DNA of 64,000 bases from Trichodelitschia bisporula (Eukaryota), in the NCBI GenBank assembly GCA_010356995.1, contig ML996688.1, positions 620,001 to 684,000 of the forward strand, written 5' to 3'. Of this stretch, positions 36,363-48,250 are shown piece by piece. A program made the translations under genes and the position numbers. The number at the start of each line of letters is the position of its first letter. The first letter of the stretch is position 1. Under the pieces are notes generated by a model. It had not been told where the DNA came from and searched no databases. It saw nothing but the letters and a program-made list of their open reading frames with translations.

Positions 36363-37610
36363 TTAAGCGACCCTCGACCCGAAGTACGCCTCTAACGCTC
36401 CCTTCGCCTCCTCATTACTCGCCACCCCCCCACCACCACATGGACACGCATTGAGCGCTCCGTTCGTCTTAAGTACAGCCATAAGTGCCGCCTCCAACAG
36501 TCGGTTTTCCCGCTCCAAAACCATGATGCGCGCTTCGAGGGGCGAGCGGGGAGGTGTGAGCCGGTACAACGATGGCTTGGGGTTGAGTGAAGGCTGGGTG
36601 AAGGAAAGAGCAGACGACACTCGTGCCGAAAGGTGCGATGGCGGTGCCGGAAATTGCTCGAGTGCACGAATATCGATTGGCGTTTCCGCCTTGGACTCTG
36701 TATTTTCGGATATAGCCCGTGGAGAAGCTGAAGTGGACTCGGCACACTCCTCTCGCACCGCCTCCCGCGGCAGGTTCGACACCCTCCTCGGCCCTGGATC
36801 CGGCGTGAGCGAGTACCTTACTGGGGACGTGCGCTGCGACGACACACGGCGCGGAACGGCACGCGGCGGTGTTTGCGGGAGGGGCTTGTTGGCCATTGTT
36901 TGCGGATCAGGAGGGCTGGTCGGCGCGTCCTGGATTACCGAGTCGATGCGAGTCTGGTCATCAGTCGGGATAGGTTCATCCACTCGCGTTGCCTGCTCCG
37001 CGTCTCTGGGCCCCGCCAAGCCAGGAGCCGGCTCCATCCCCGCAATCCACACATCCAGCTGCTCGGAGCCAACCGACGAGTGCGGGAACGAGAGTGAGAC
37101 GTGATTCTGCCGCTCGGTAGATGCCGGTGCAGGCGGCGGCGAGAGCGAGAGGTGGTTCTGCCTGTTGGGCGCTGTGGGCGGGTGTTCCGGCAGCGTCGGG
37201 GTTATGATCTGGAAGTACTTCGTTCCTTCCACTTCTCAGCCTGATACACCATAGAGCAGGACAGGGATCTTACCAGCCTTCGACACCTTCTGCACTGCGT
37301 TTGGCGGGATGGGCACCGCCGGATTCTGCGGTCGGTCCGCCGTCTTCCTACTCCGCCAGAATGCACGCGAGCTCTTCGGGCGCCGCTGCACCTCGGGTGC
37401 GCTCGGGGGACCGGTGTTGCGTAGGAAGAACGCGATGTCGTATGTGGTATCCTCGGCCCGGGGCGATACCACGCGGGAGGTGGAGCCGCCTGACTCGTCA
37501 GAGTAGTCCGAGTCCGTCTCTTCTTCCGTGAAGACGGGGCCGGGCCCGGTGTTCCAGGTGACGGAGTCGAAGGGGACGGCGTTATCAATGGCAGAGTGGC
37601 GGCGGTCCAT
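36363..37610 (-). CDS. Hypothetical Pro/Ser-rich protein with a C-terminal coiled coil (2 exons)
   Basis: 'DIAFFLRNTGPP', 'KVSKAG/GTKYFQI' across a GTAAGA...AAG intron, and 'LEARIMVLERENRLLEAALMAVLKT...CPC'. Confidence 0.75.
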
Positions 37611-38954
37611 GGTCGTGATGCGGCGTTGCGGTGCGGGTAGGGAAAAAGTGAGTGGGGTGTCTGATCCGCGACAGGGCGAGATCGCCGTCTTATGCTCCTT
37701 AATATTGGGCTTATCGCCAGGGGAAGGAGGAGTGGCGGCGGGGAGGAGAGCTGTCTAGATCGCTACAGCCCGATACCCGCTGCAAGACATGCGCGTCTGG
37801 CCGACCTGGAAGGGCGGAGTTGTGCTCTATGCACAATGCAAGGGGTGGGAGTCGGGAGATGGAGAGTGAGGCTGAGGACTCTTCTTCGGGTCTGCAATAA
37901 TTGAAGAAACAAACTCCCTTAAAGACAACCGAAACTCGGAGGAAGAAGTTACGGATTTCAGCATCCCAATTTCCATATCCACGTTGCAGAACCGGCGCCC
38001 CCAATCCGCATCCTAATCCGCATCCCCGCCACCCGTCACACGCCAACGGCCGCTTTTCGTAATGAGACGAGGCGAAAAGGCTTTCGCATGGCGTACGCCC
38101 AGGAGCAATACGAAAAAATCGTGGCCTCCCTGCCAGGGGCGCTTTGCGGATGGGGCGGCTACGACCTTTTCTCGGGTGGCCCTTTTACTGCATCCAAAGC
38201 GGAAAAAGAAGCATGTGGGGCAGGACAAATGTGCGACGCGAGCGAGAGGGCGCCCCGCATCCGTACCGTAGTGCAGTCAGATAACTGGGCAATTAGCCCA
38301 ATGCTTTCAAATGGCGTCGACTTTGTTTTGCTAGGGAGTGGAGTCAATAAAGAGGCGCCGTGTGCTTGATAGGGAGATCGGCGGCTCGGCCACCAGAAAG
38401 GGTCGTGGCTGTTCCTGTCGGCAAAAGCACTTCGGCAAGGCGGCCACGATTTTTTTCGGGTGGCCCGTGGCTCTTCAGCCTCCCGCATGCTCGCGCTGGG
38501 GACGACCACTAAGATACCGTCGGAGAATAATGTCAGCGCGCGCCACCTGTCACGTTCATGGTGCTGTGCGACGGGAGAGAACAATGACATTCTCGCTGTC
38601 TGTCTGGAACAACGGTAAGTACAATAGAAAAGCACTTCCCCTACATCTAGATCTATGCAGATGACGTGGTATCGCAAGTTGCAGCAAAAGCTCCCATTGT
38701 ACCTCCGTAGACACAAAACGCCCCGATGGATAAGATTCCACCTACTATGTCCGAAAAAGGTAAAGTCGCAAAACGCCGACGCAAAATGCACCCATGTTCC
38801 GGTAGCTAATGCAAAAGCATTAGGAGAACAAAACAAATATTCTTCAGACCATGTCGGGGAAACCGGTCAACCCGCTACCCATTGTGTAAACGCCCTATGC
38901 CCAACCCAGATTGAGTAAGTATGCAGCTCTATGTACCTATCTTTTTATGTTCAT

Positions 38955-41900
38955 CTATTGTTTCTTCGGCCGGTTCGGCTGAAGAAGTGGGTTTGCAGGA
39001 CCCTTCGGCCTACGCCGCCTAATAGGCGGCCCGGCACCCGGTGGAGGTGGGACCAAGGAGCCAGGGTTCGAGTTCTCTAGGTCGACGTACGGATCCAAGG
39101 GCTTATTCGCTGATGCAGCAGCAGGTCCTTTCGAGGCAGCCTCTTCGCGCTTGATTTCAGGTTTTTCCTCCTCGATGTACTTTTTCTCAATCCCCGGTTC
39201 CTCCTTCACCCTCATCCGCATCTTCTTGACCTCAAAAGGATCCTTCTTGACTAGAGCTTCGGGAACGAGCTTTCCGGTGTCGGCTTCCACCATGTCGCTG
39301 TCGAAGTCCCCAGCCTTGCGCTTCCTTGGGATATTGCGCACGTGCACTTTGCGCTCGGCGTCCGACGACTTCGAAGACTTGTAAGAGACGTCCGACATCT
39401 CGAGATCGCCATCTGCGTCGATCTTTGGACGGGGCCCGCAAGGACCAGTTGGGATGGTGGACTGGACAGATGCTTCATTGCCAGGCAAGAAGGTCGCCCG
39501 ATTGAGCGCATCAGCCGGAGTATGAAGCTGGCGCGCCACGGAGTCTTTTATTAACTTGCCCCAGAACTCGCCGCGCTGGAGAGAGTCGGAATTGCCGAGA
39601 ACGAAGAGCGATGACTTGGCGCGGGTGAGACCGACGTTCATGCGGCGGATATCTTGCAAGAAGCCAATGCCTCCAGACCGTGAAGCACGCACGCACGAGA
39701 AGATGATGATCTCGCTCTCGCGTCCCTGGTAGGCGTCCGTCGTGTTGAACTCAATCATTTCAGTGATATCGTTGCCGTAGACTCGCGAGAATTTCTCACG
39801 TAACAAGCGAAGCTGTGACTTGTAGGGGGTGATGATACCGATTTTACCCGGAAACTGAAAATCCGGACAGAACTTCATCAAGGCTTCGTACAGCTGGAAG
39901 GCAACGTTGATTTCGGCATGATTGACCAATGAATGGCCACTGGCACTCTCATGTCGGCCCTTGACGTCGAAGAAGCGATACGGGCTGAGAAGCGGATGCG
40001 CATGCCACGGCTGGATGCGCAGGTTCGCCATACCATCACCATCGACAAGCTTACCGTCGTAGAATGTAGCGCTAGGGAAGCTGCTGATATCCGGATGCAT
40101 GCGGTACTGCGTATCCAGAAGGTGGACGCGGTCGGGTTTGTTCGATTGCATCCGAACAAACAAACTCTGCTCGTACTGGAACTTGGCAGCCTCTCTGGAG
40201 AATACGGTTGGCGGAAGCTGCTTCGGGTCGCCAACAAGAATGCACTTGACGCAGCCATACTTGAGCGGAATGAGACTGCTGACTTCCACACACTGTGCGG
40301 CTTCGTCGACAATGACAGTCTCGAAGACAACGTTCAGACTCCGGAAAATATCATGACCAGTTGTGTTGAGGGTGGCGCAGATGACATGTGCCTCGTCGAT
40401 GATCTTGTCCTGAGCCCCCATTCGATCCATACCGGCCTGTCGATCCTTGGACTTTTCATTATCTTTGATCATGTCGATTTCAGAGGAGAGCTGCGTGCGC
40501 CTCCGCTTTAAGGCGCCAATTTCATCTTGGAGCGCGTGGACATCCGCACCCTTTTTCTGGCCCTCCCTTAACTGCTCATATGCCTCATTGATACGCGCCG
40601 ACACGGACTGATGCTCCGTAAAAACATGCTGAGTCTCCCCCCGGGACGCCTTTGAGTCTGTTGTGCCCTCCATGCGGGCATTGACAAGACTCTCAAGCGT
40701 CACATCAGCCACCCCGGCACTCACGGCGTCGGTCCGACCCACGCGAATGACGTTAATCTTCTTGTGCGTACCGGTAGTTGTTGTAACGCCCTGCATCAGG
40801 CGCATGACGATCTCGTCAACGGCGGCATTGCTGGGCGCACACACAAGTAGCTTCTTCTTTAGAACTTGGTTCTGTTGCGGGATTTGAGCACCAGTAGGCA
40901 CCGCAATCGGAGTGGCTTTAGTCTCGCGGAGGACTGGTGTGAGAAGTGCACCCACGAGAGCAACAATGGTCTTCGTTTTGCCAGTGCCGGGTGGTCCTTG
41001 GATGAGTGTAAAGGCATCACTGTCAATGGCAGACTTGACAGCTTTAGCCTGAGCGCGGTTAAGCTTGTAGCTATCCATGATCGGCTGGAGTACGGTATCA
41101 GCGTACTTCAGGAGATGTGAAGGCACCGCCTGTAGGATCTCCTGACAGAGATCGAAGTGCTCCAAGGTCATCAGAGAGGCGTATTCACGCTCCATGGAGA
41201 TGATGGAATCAACCTTGACGGCATAGAGCGTTGCCTTGGGGCTAATGTACTTCACCAACGGGCTGCTAGGCGAAACTTTATACTGCACTTCAAGACTGCC
41301 TTTCTTCAACGTCGCCCTCATGACGTATGCTAGGCAGTTTGGCGCCCCCCGGTCTTTGTGGGGATTTTTCGAGGACGACAAGAGCACGATGTCACCTTCT
41401 CCGACCTGAAATGATTCTTTCAACTTCGCGTCAACGGTAGAGCTGACATGCATAAGGGAATCGACACTGCTCCGAGAGACGATGTTCACTTCATACGGCT
41501 TGAAGTTTCCCTCTTCGCGCTGTTGCACCAGCCCCTGCCAGGCTTCGAGCATGAGCAGCGGCTGAAAGACGTTCTTGTAGTCCTGTGGTGAGCGGAACGA
41601 AGTCGGTACTCTCGAGTAGATGTCTGGGTACGGGCCCGGTGGTGTATCACCCTCATGGAAGAAGTTCCAGGAGACAAATACGGCATGAAGGCTGGTAAGA
41701 TCGGGCTTGAGGCGAGCACGCATGCTAGCCGCTGTACGTGGTATCCGTCGCACCTTGACCGGCCCCAATGGGATGTCCGTGATGAGATTGTGGGGCTGCT
41801 TGGGGCCAGCAGGCTTAGATTTGGTTGGGCCACCGAAGAGTTCGACATCGAGCTCATTATCCGAATCGTCATCTTCTGATGATTCGGAAGATGAAACCAT

Positions 41901-44900
41901 CATACTTGACCCCTTCTGTTCAGACTCAGGCAGATAACCCGGGATACCCAAGCCTTTGATCGCCGAGCCCACATTTGAAATGCCAGCACGAGCAGCAGTA
42001 ATTGCCGCAGCATCACGCTTACGCTTAGCCTCCATCTCCGCAGCACGCTTGGCCTTGAAGGATTCTGAGTCGATGACGTTCCTGATCGGTGCAGGCTTGG
42101 GGGCCACCGTGGGCTTCCGCTGCTTCTCGGTTGCAGCTTTCCTCGCATCCATGAGCTTCTTGAAGCGATCGGCTCCTTTCGTGGCACCGCTGATGACTTT
42201 GTCCATCGCCTCAGAATTTGATTCGGAATCGGAGATGCCATGGCTGACAGAGCTGCTCCTAGGAGCAGGGGTGATTCCAGGCTTAGCCCAATCGCTGATG
42301 GAGCGCTGTTTGGACTTTTTCAAAACAGGCTTGGTGGTGGGCTCCGGAGCAAGAGAGCGGCCAGTATGTTTCTCAAATGACCTGGTAAGCTCGGCGATCT
42401 GCTGGTTGCTGAGATTTGCGCGTATTTGTCCGTTGATGACGCTCTCAATGTAGTTCAGGGTTTCCGTTGAGACCATGATTGAGACGCTTTGTAGCTTCTC
42501 AAGCACCTTTGTGACAAGATAGACGATCTTGTACACGAGGAATTCGTCGCGAAGACGCAACCACCGCACCATAGAGAGCATGGTCTCTTTCGGATGCTGA
42601 AGCATCTTGCCACGGAAGGCCTCGGTGTTGTCCTTGCCGGTATCCTGATCGATCTCGGCGACGGCATTGACAAAGGTATTGTATATGCCAAAGAGAGCGT
42701 CCGCGAACTGCATCACGTCTCGACAGAACTCCCTAAGGTACTCCTTGTCGTGTCCCACACCACTCCATCCTTCGGTAGAGTCGAAAACAACGGTTAAAAC
42801 TTGCCAGAAGACGGCCCATAGGTCCAGTGTGGCCTTTGCTTCGGCATCACTAAGTTTCTGGAGCATGAGCAACCCGTCTTGAGAGTTCCCAAGCAAGTCA
42901 ACAACATCTATGCTAAGTTTGACGAGGTGCGGCATAGGTGCAAATATTTTCTTTGAAGCCAACACTTTCATAGACTGAGTGAGCGCGGAGATGAAGTTCA
43001 AGTAGGCAAGGCGAATAACGTACGCCAAAGCCTCTCTACGCTCAGGTTGCGAGCTCATGACCTTGAGTACTTCCATTGCCGATTGGCGAGTCGCATGGTG
43101 CGATGAGACAAGCGTGGAGACGATGGAGATACTAGTATGTGGGGTCTTGAAAATACCGGCCAGATCAAAGGAATGGAAATCCTGAAGACGCTCCAGGACT
43201 CTGGCAACATTATTGCACAGCTGATCGTACTCCTTGTTAAAGCAAGGAGCTTGTGCGGACTTTCTGGTGGTGATGTACTTATCGGTGAAGCGCTCCAGAC
43301 CGACCAAACTGCGTGTGCCCAGTAAGATGTAAGTTGCTAACGCTTGATCCCCGTAGTCAATGGCACTTATCAGCGCGTTCCAAAGTGCTTCGGACCCGGT
43401 GCCATCTGTGTTGCGAATTGGCTTTCCGGCATGGATTGACTCCCGGCGCATGGACAGGGCTAAGCAGTCAAGCGCGATTGACCGCTCTACAACCGTTAAC
43501 GCCACAAGACCGGGTTGACCGCCATCCACAGGATTTTTCAGATTCTTCGTTATGGAGACGATGGCCTTGACATGGTCCTTGACTAGGTCAAGCATATCAG
43601 AGACCACCGCCGTTCCAACAAATGTCGCAAATGTCCGTTCCTTGGAGAGATTTTCCAGGGTGTGTGAAAGGACAAGCAGTGCTATGTTAAAGCAGGCCAC
43701 ACGAGCTTTGGTAGGAAGGCCGTTGTCTTGGTTGCGCGTCATCAACTGGTGGACCATCGACCGGCAAGCAGGCGTGATGTTCTGGGGCTTAATTGATGTC
43801 AGGAAGGGCAGGATCCACCCGAATATTTCACCGAGATCTGGTGCATCCTCCTGTCCCTGACGCAAGAAGATCTTCTTCAGCGCCGGACTATGAAATATCT
43901 GCTCGATGAAGGCGGAGGGAGGGATGGCCCCCATCGCATCCCAGAAGTCGGTGGGAGAAAGCTCTATGAGATGGCGCACAGTACGGAGTAAATCGGTAAA
44001 CCCTGGGGAGTCCAGTTGAAGATGCTCCAGGGCAAGGCGGTAGATGCTGATGTCTATACCCCGGAGCGAGTGTGTGACAAGATCCTTGTTCAGCTTCGAA
44101 ACGATTAACCGGGCACCGTCCCAAAACCGGGGGACAAAGCTCATGTCCAGAGAGGATATCTGCACGCGCATCATGGCCTCAAAGAGCGGACGCCGAATCG
44201 CCCATTCGAATTCCTGGCGAGTCGGCGACCGCCAAAGCTTCTCCCAGTTGAAAACGGCGAAGGAATATCGAGACTCGACTGATGAGAAGAAAAAGTATGA
44301 AAGGGCTGGGAGGAAACTATGCAACCTGAGTTTCTTCCGAGTCTGAACCAACTGAAAAGGAGAATCGAAGTGTTGTGCCATCAGGGTGGGATTGCGCAGG
44401 TACGGCTCGCAGCTGAGCACTTCGAAGAGAGAGTGGATACCCACTGAACCCAGGTTTGCGATCTTTCTTTCTGATTCGGGTAGCGAGGCTAGTTGAGCTT
44501 GAGCATGTTTAAGACCTTGAGTGATCCTCGTAACGTTGAGCTCGTCGAACGTTTTCATGAATTCTACTACTTGCTCGACATCGTATTGCTCCTCAAGGCG
44601 CTGTCTTAGGAGAGACCTCGAGGCATGGAACACGCGGATGCAGATATGGCAAGTGGTCATCCAGTGTTCGAGTCGCAGCTGCAGCCAGTCCCGGTAGGGA
44701 GCGGCTTCCGCACCGTTGTATGCCAGAATACGGAAAGCGTCGAGTACGAGATGTTTGCGCTTTTGTGCCTCCTCTATCTTACGAATGCGTTCAGCCTCGA
44801 CCGCAGGGTCAACGGTTCTGTCCTCTTCCAGAAGATCCTCTTCATAGTATCGGGTGTAGTCGTCAAGGCTGGTACATGGGCAGAACCAATGGGTTTCGGG

Positions 44901-44996
44901 AGGGAGAGCCTGGAGCTCGCTGGACCACTTGTTAGCAAAGCATGCCAAAGGTGGCGACTTGCAGACTTACTGTAAATTTTGGACAACTTCCGCCAT
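38955..44996 (-). CDS. SEN1: Sen1/senataxin SF1B RNA-DNA helicase (2 exons)
   Basis: SEN1_N start 'HWFCP'; Walker A 'IQGPPGTGKT', 'CAPSNAAVDE', 'IVDEAAQ', 'LVGDPKQLPPT', 'QYRMHP', 'DAYQGRE', 'RRMNVGLTRAK'. True ATG at 44996, then a GTAAGT intron. Confidence 0.96.
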
Positions 44997-45626
44997 GTTG
45001 CCGAGTGGGGTGATACGCTCACTGGGTTCTGTGGTTTGCTTCCGACTACCGAAATTCCATTCCTCGTGTAGTTGAGAGCGAACGACGAGGATGTGGGGTT
45101 GAGAGAGTGGGAAGTAACGTTACGACGGCAATTCAGGAAGGGTGTAGAATAGAGCAAACCAAGGAGCGTCAGGTTCTGCAAGCAGGAGAGCGTGGAGTGC
45201 TCTGGTGAAAGGCAGAAGCGCAAGGCCAAGACTTGACTTCCGTTCGCGGTCTCACGTTTTGGCGCGTCTATAGATCGTTCTGTGTGGCCGAGGCGTGCAC
45301 GGCCCACTCACTGTGGCTGAACTACCACTCGGACCCTTATAAGCGCTTCCCATCCGCCATTTCATGTATCAACGCGCCACGCGCGCTAAATCCTTTGGAC
45401 AAGCAAGCGGTGCGCCTATGCAAAAACACTTGGAGCTAAACTTTTTGAGACATGATATCAACAGATCCTTGATCATCATTTCAAGATAACTAAACTACCA
45501 ACCACCGACATCCAATCCATGAGGAAATAACCAAGTACACTATCACGAACCTAAACCCTTTACCCGCCAAGAAACTCCATATCGCATATCAGACAAACAA
45601 GATTTTGCAAAAACCATTCCCTCCTC

Positions 45627-47225
45627 TCATATCACGTCCCGTGGCTTGGTTGGCTGCGTAGAGTACGCCGGTGGGTCACCCATGGTGTGAAGTGCAATGT
45701 CGCTCCGGTTGCTGTACGCGTAATTGCTGTCCGCGGCATATGGAGTCGGCCCAGAGCCGTACGTGGCCGGCCCAGATCCATATGGCGCCGGAGCATACCC
45801 GCCCTGGGGGGGATCATAGGGAACGTTCGGCGCTTCGCCACCGAACATCGGTGGATTAACCTTGCGGCGGCGGTTGCCGAAGACACGCTTGAGCGCCAGG
45901 GCGACAGACATCAGGATCAGCATTGCGATGACGAGTGGCGCATAAATCAGATTGAATGCCGGGTTAACGGCGAGACGGAAGCCCAGGCCACCATTGACCA
46001 AACCGAGGAGCATGACAAGGGGACCCAAAATCCATTTGTGCGGCTTGATCATCGCGGTGGGGCGTTGCGTCTTGACGAAGGTACGATGGTGCAGGAACCC
46101 GAGAACCCATTGCGTAATGACGATAAAAACCACAATGAGGCCAATGATCTGGTGGGCCGTGTTGTACCCTTTGGACTGCGAAGGTCAGCCTTCGTTCGGG
46201 AAGAAAGGATCACACATACCCTGTTGTATACCCTGCTGATGTAAAGCCCACTGCCGAAGCCCAACAACACCAGCAGCAAACCGATGCTCTGAAAGACCAT
46301 ATGCAGCTTCACCTTGTCCAGCACACGTAAGGCTAGCACACCGAGCGGGAAGACGACCACGAAGGCAAGTCCCATGACAGCTGCATGTCCGGGGCTACCA
46401 GCGTCGTGATCAAGCGTAAGCTTATTGTTCTGGGTCACAACACCCTCAGACGCCGTCCCCAACGGGGGCATCTCTTTCCCTACTGCCTTTGTCATGTCCA
46501 GTCCGAAGTAGCCATGGCCACGGTGCATACGCAACGGCGCTTCGACGTCGTTGGAGCGCGGCGAGTGCCCCGGCGGGCCTAGGGCCCAGATGAAACCCTG
46601 ATTCTTAGACGTCGGGTTGATTCCGATCTGGTCTGCGCAATTAAGGCAATGCCAGGCAGCATAGTAGTACCCATCCCTAATGCCGTTGGGATGGGGGTCG
46701 TTGTTCACCTCCACTCTGTTCATGGACATTGACTTGTTTGCGATAGGTTCGACATTTCCGTGGCCGTTCCGAATGGACATTTGCCAATCTACCGCAACTT
46801 AGCAGATGTTAAGAGGCGAAGAAGCGTACGCACCGTCCGGCTTCGCGCCTTCATAGAATATGAACATGGTCGAGTCTTTCATCTGTGCTCCTGTTCCTAC
46901 CGCAACGTAGGAGTAGTCTGACGGTGCCGCCAGACGGAACCAGGTGTTACGTGTGACAGGATTGACAGCAATTGTGAACGTGAAGTTCCCAGTATCCACG
47001 GAGCCTGGGTTGCCATAGTGAAAGACGAAGGTGCTAGAGTTGGTGGAGGCGGGAGTGCTTGAGTTGTCTGCACGCTCGAGCAGAGGAAAATATGCCGACA
47101 CGAAGGCTGTGATATATTGTCAGTCGTAGCTCGATAACACATGAAATATCGCGATAGACTCGAGGCCACTCACAGGGACAGAGGAGGCCGATTGCGACGG
47201 CTAGACTGGCCCAGGGTCCGCGCAT
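45627..47225 (-). CDS. DOMON (CDH-cytochrome-like) plus cytochrome b561 membrane protein (4 exons)
   Basis: Signal peptide; 'AVGTGAQM..S.MFI.Y' (Met heme ligand), 'FIWALGP', 'LRMH' (His ligand); b561 His residues in 'GHAAVMG', 'LHMVFQ', 'AHQIIG', 'LHHR'. Confidence 0.9.
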
Positions 47226-48250
47226 GGTGCCACACGGGTGCTAATTCAACAGCTACGGGTAGAACTAGAGACTAGCCAGGACGACTACGATGAGGGACGG
47301 GTAACAGATGAGAGCAAGCAACAGCACCAAAAGCCTTTTGACGAGAACAAGGAAGCAGAGAAACAATAAGAGGAGGACACGCGATGATGTTGTAGTATGC
47401 GCCAACGGGCCCCAAAGCGTTTCAACAGCTCAGGCGCGCCGCCCCTCAGCCCTTCCGGTGCCAACATGCCCGAAAAGATAGGATAGGCCTAGACGCTTGC
47501 CCCGTCCCACTCACGGCTTGTTCACAAAGTCAGCTCTGCTGCAGCTTCATTTGATAGACCACTATATTTAGGCGCCTGCTGATGAGCGGTCTGGCACACG
47601 TCCCCATCGCATCATTTGACTTCATATATCAACTCCAAATTCCTCGCTCGCGTTTATGGTCTTTGCCAACCTAGCGCGTCCGCGTCTCAAGACAAGCTTC
47701 GTACAGCCAGCAAGCCAAGGTCTTCACGGCGGGGTTGTGGCTGAGTCCTGCAGAGATGCGCGCAGGGCTCGGCTCGGAACCTCCAGGAATCCCGATCCTC
47801 AACTGCGTTTCATCCTCCAACCTGATACTCAAACGTACCTCGGTGTCTCTTTGTGCGTTTCCGCACTTCACGGACCTTGGGACTTAGATGGCCGATACTA
47901 TTGTTGTCGATGTCGATCCTTATCTCACAGTGCGACTCTTCGGTAAGGAGGCTGTTGTTTTGGGCCATCGTTCTCAAGCCAATTTCAGCGAGCCCAGAGA
48001 TCTTCGCAGCTGAAGATTCGAAATCAAGGAGCTCTGATTGGTTGATCTTGGAGTTACCACTCATCTTCTACATATCGTACGATCACAACCGTCATAAGCG
48101 CACGTAACCCTGAACCATCGCCGTAAATCCCGCTCAACTCCTCGCTAAATCGCAAAGCATGCATGAAGCAATTCCGATAAGAATTCCCGAATTCGCTGGT
48201 GAAAGCAGTACAAGAGGCAGAAGCTTAAGTGCATTTCGGCAGCCAGAACC

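Noticed and set aside
38159..38836. 225-aa minus-strand ORF sharing 'KKSWPPC' with a plus-strand ORF
   Set aside because: The shared peptide is explained by the DNA inverted repeat; no coding signature.
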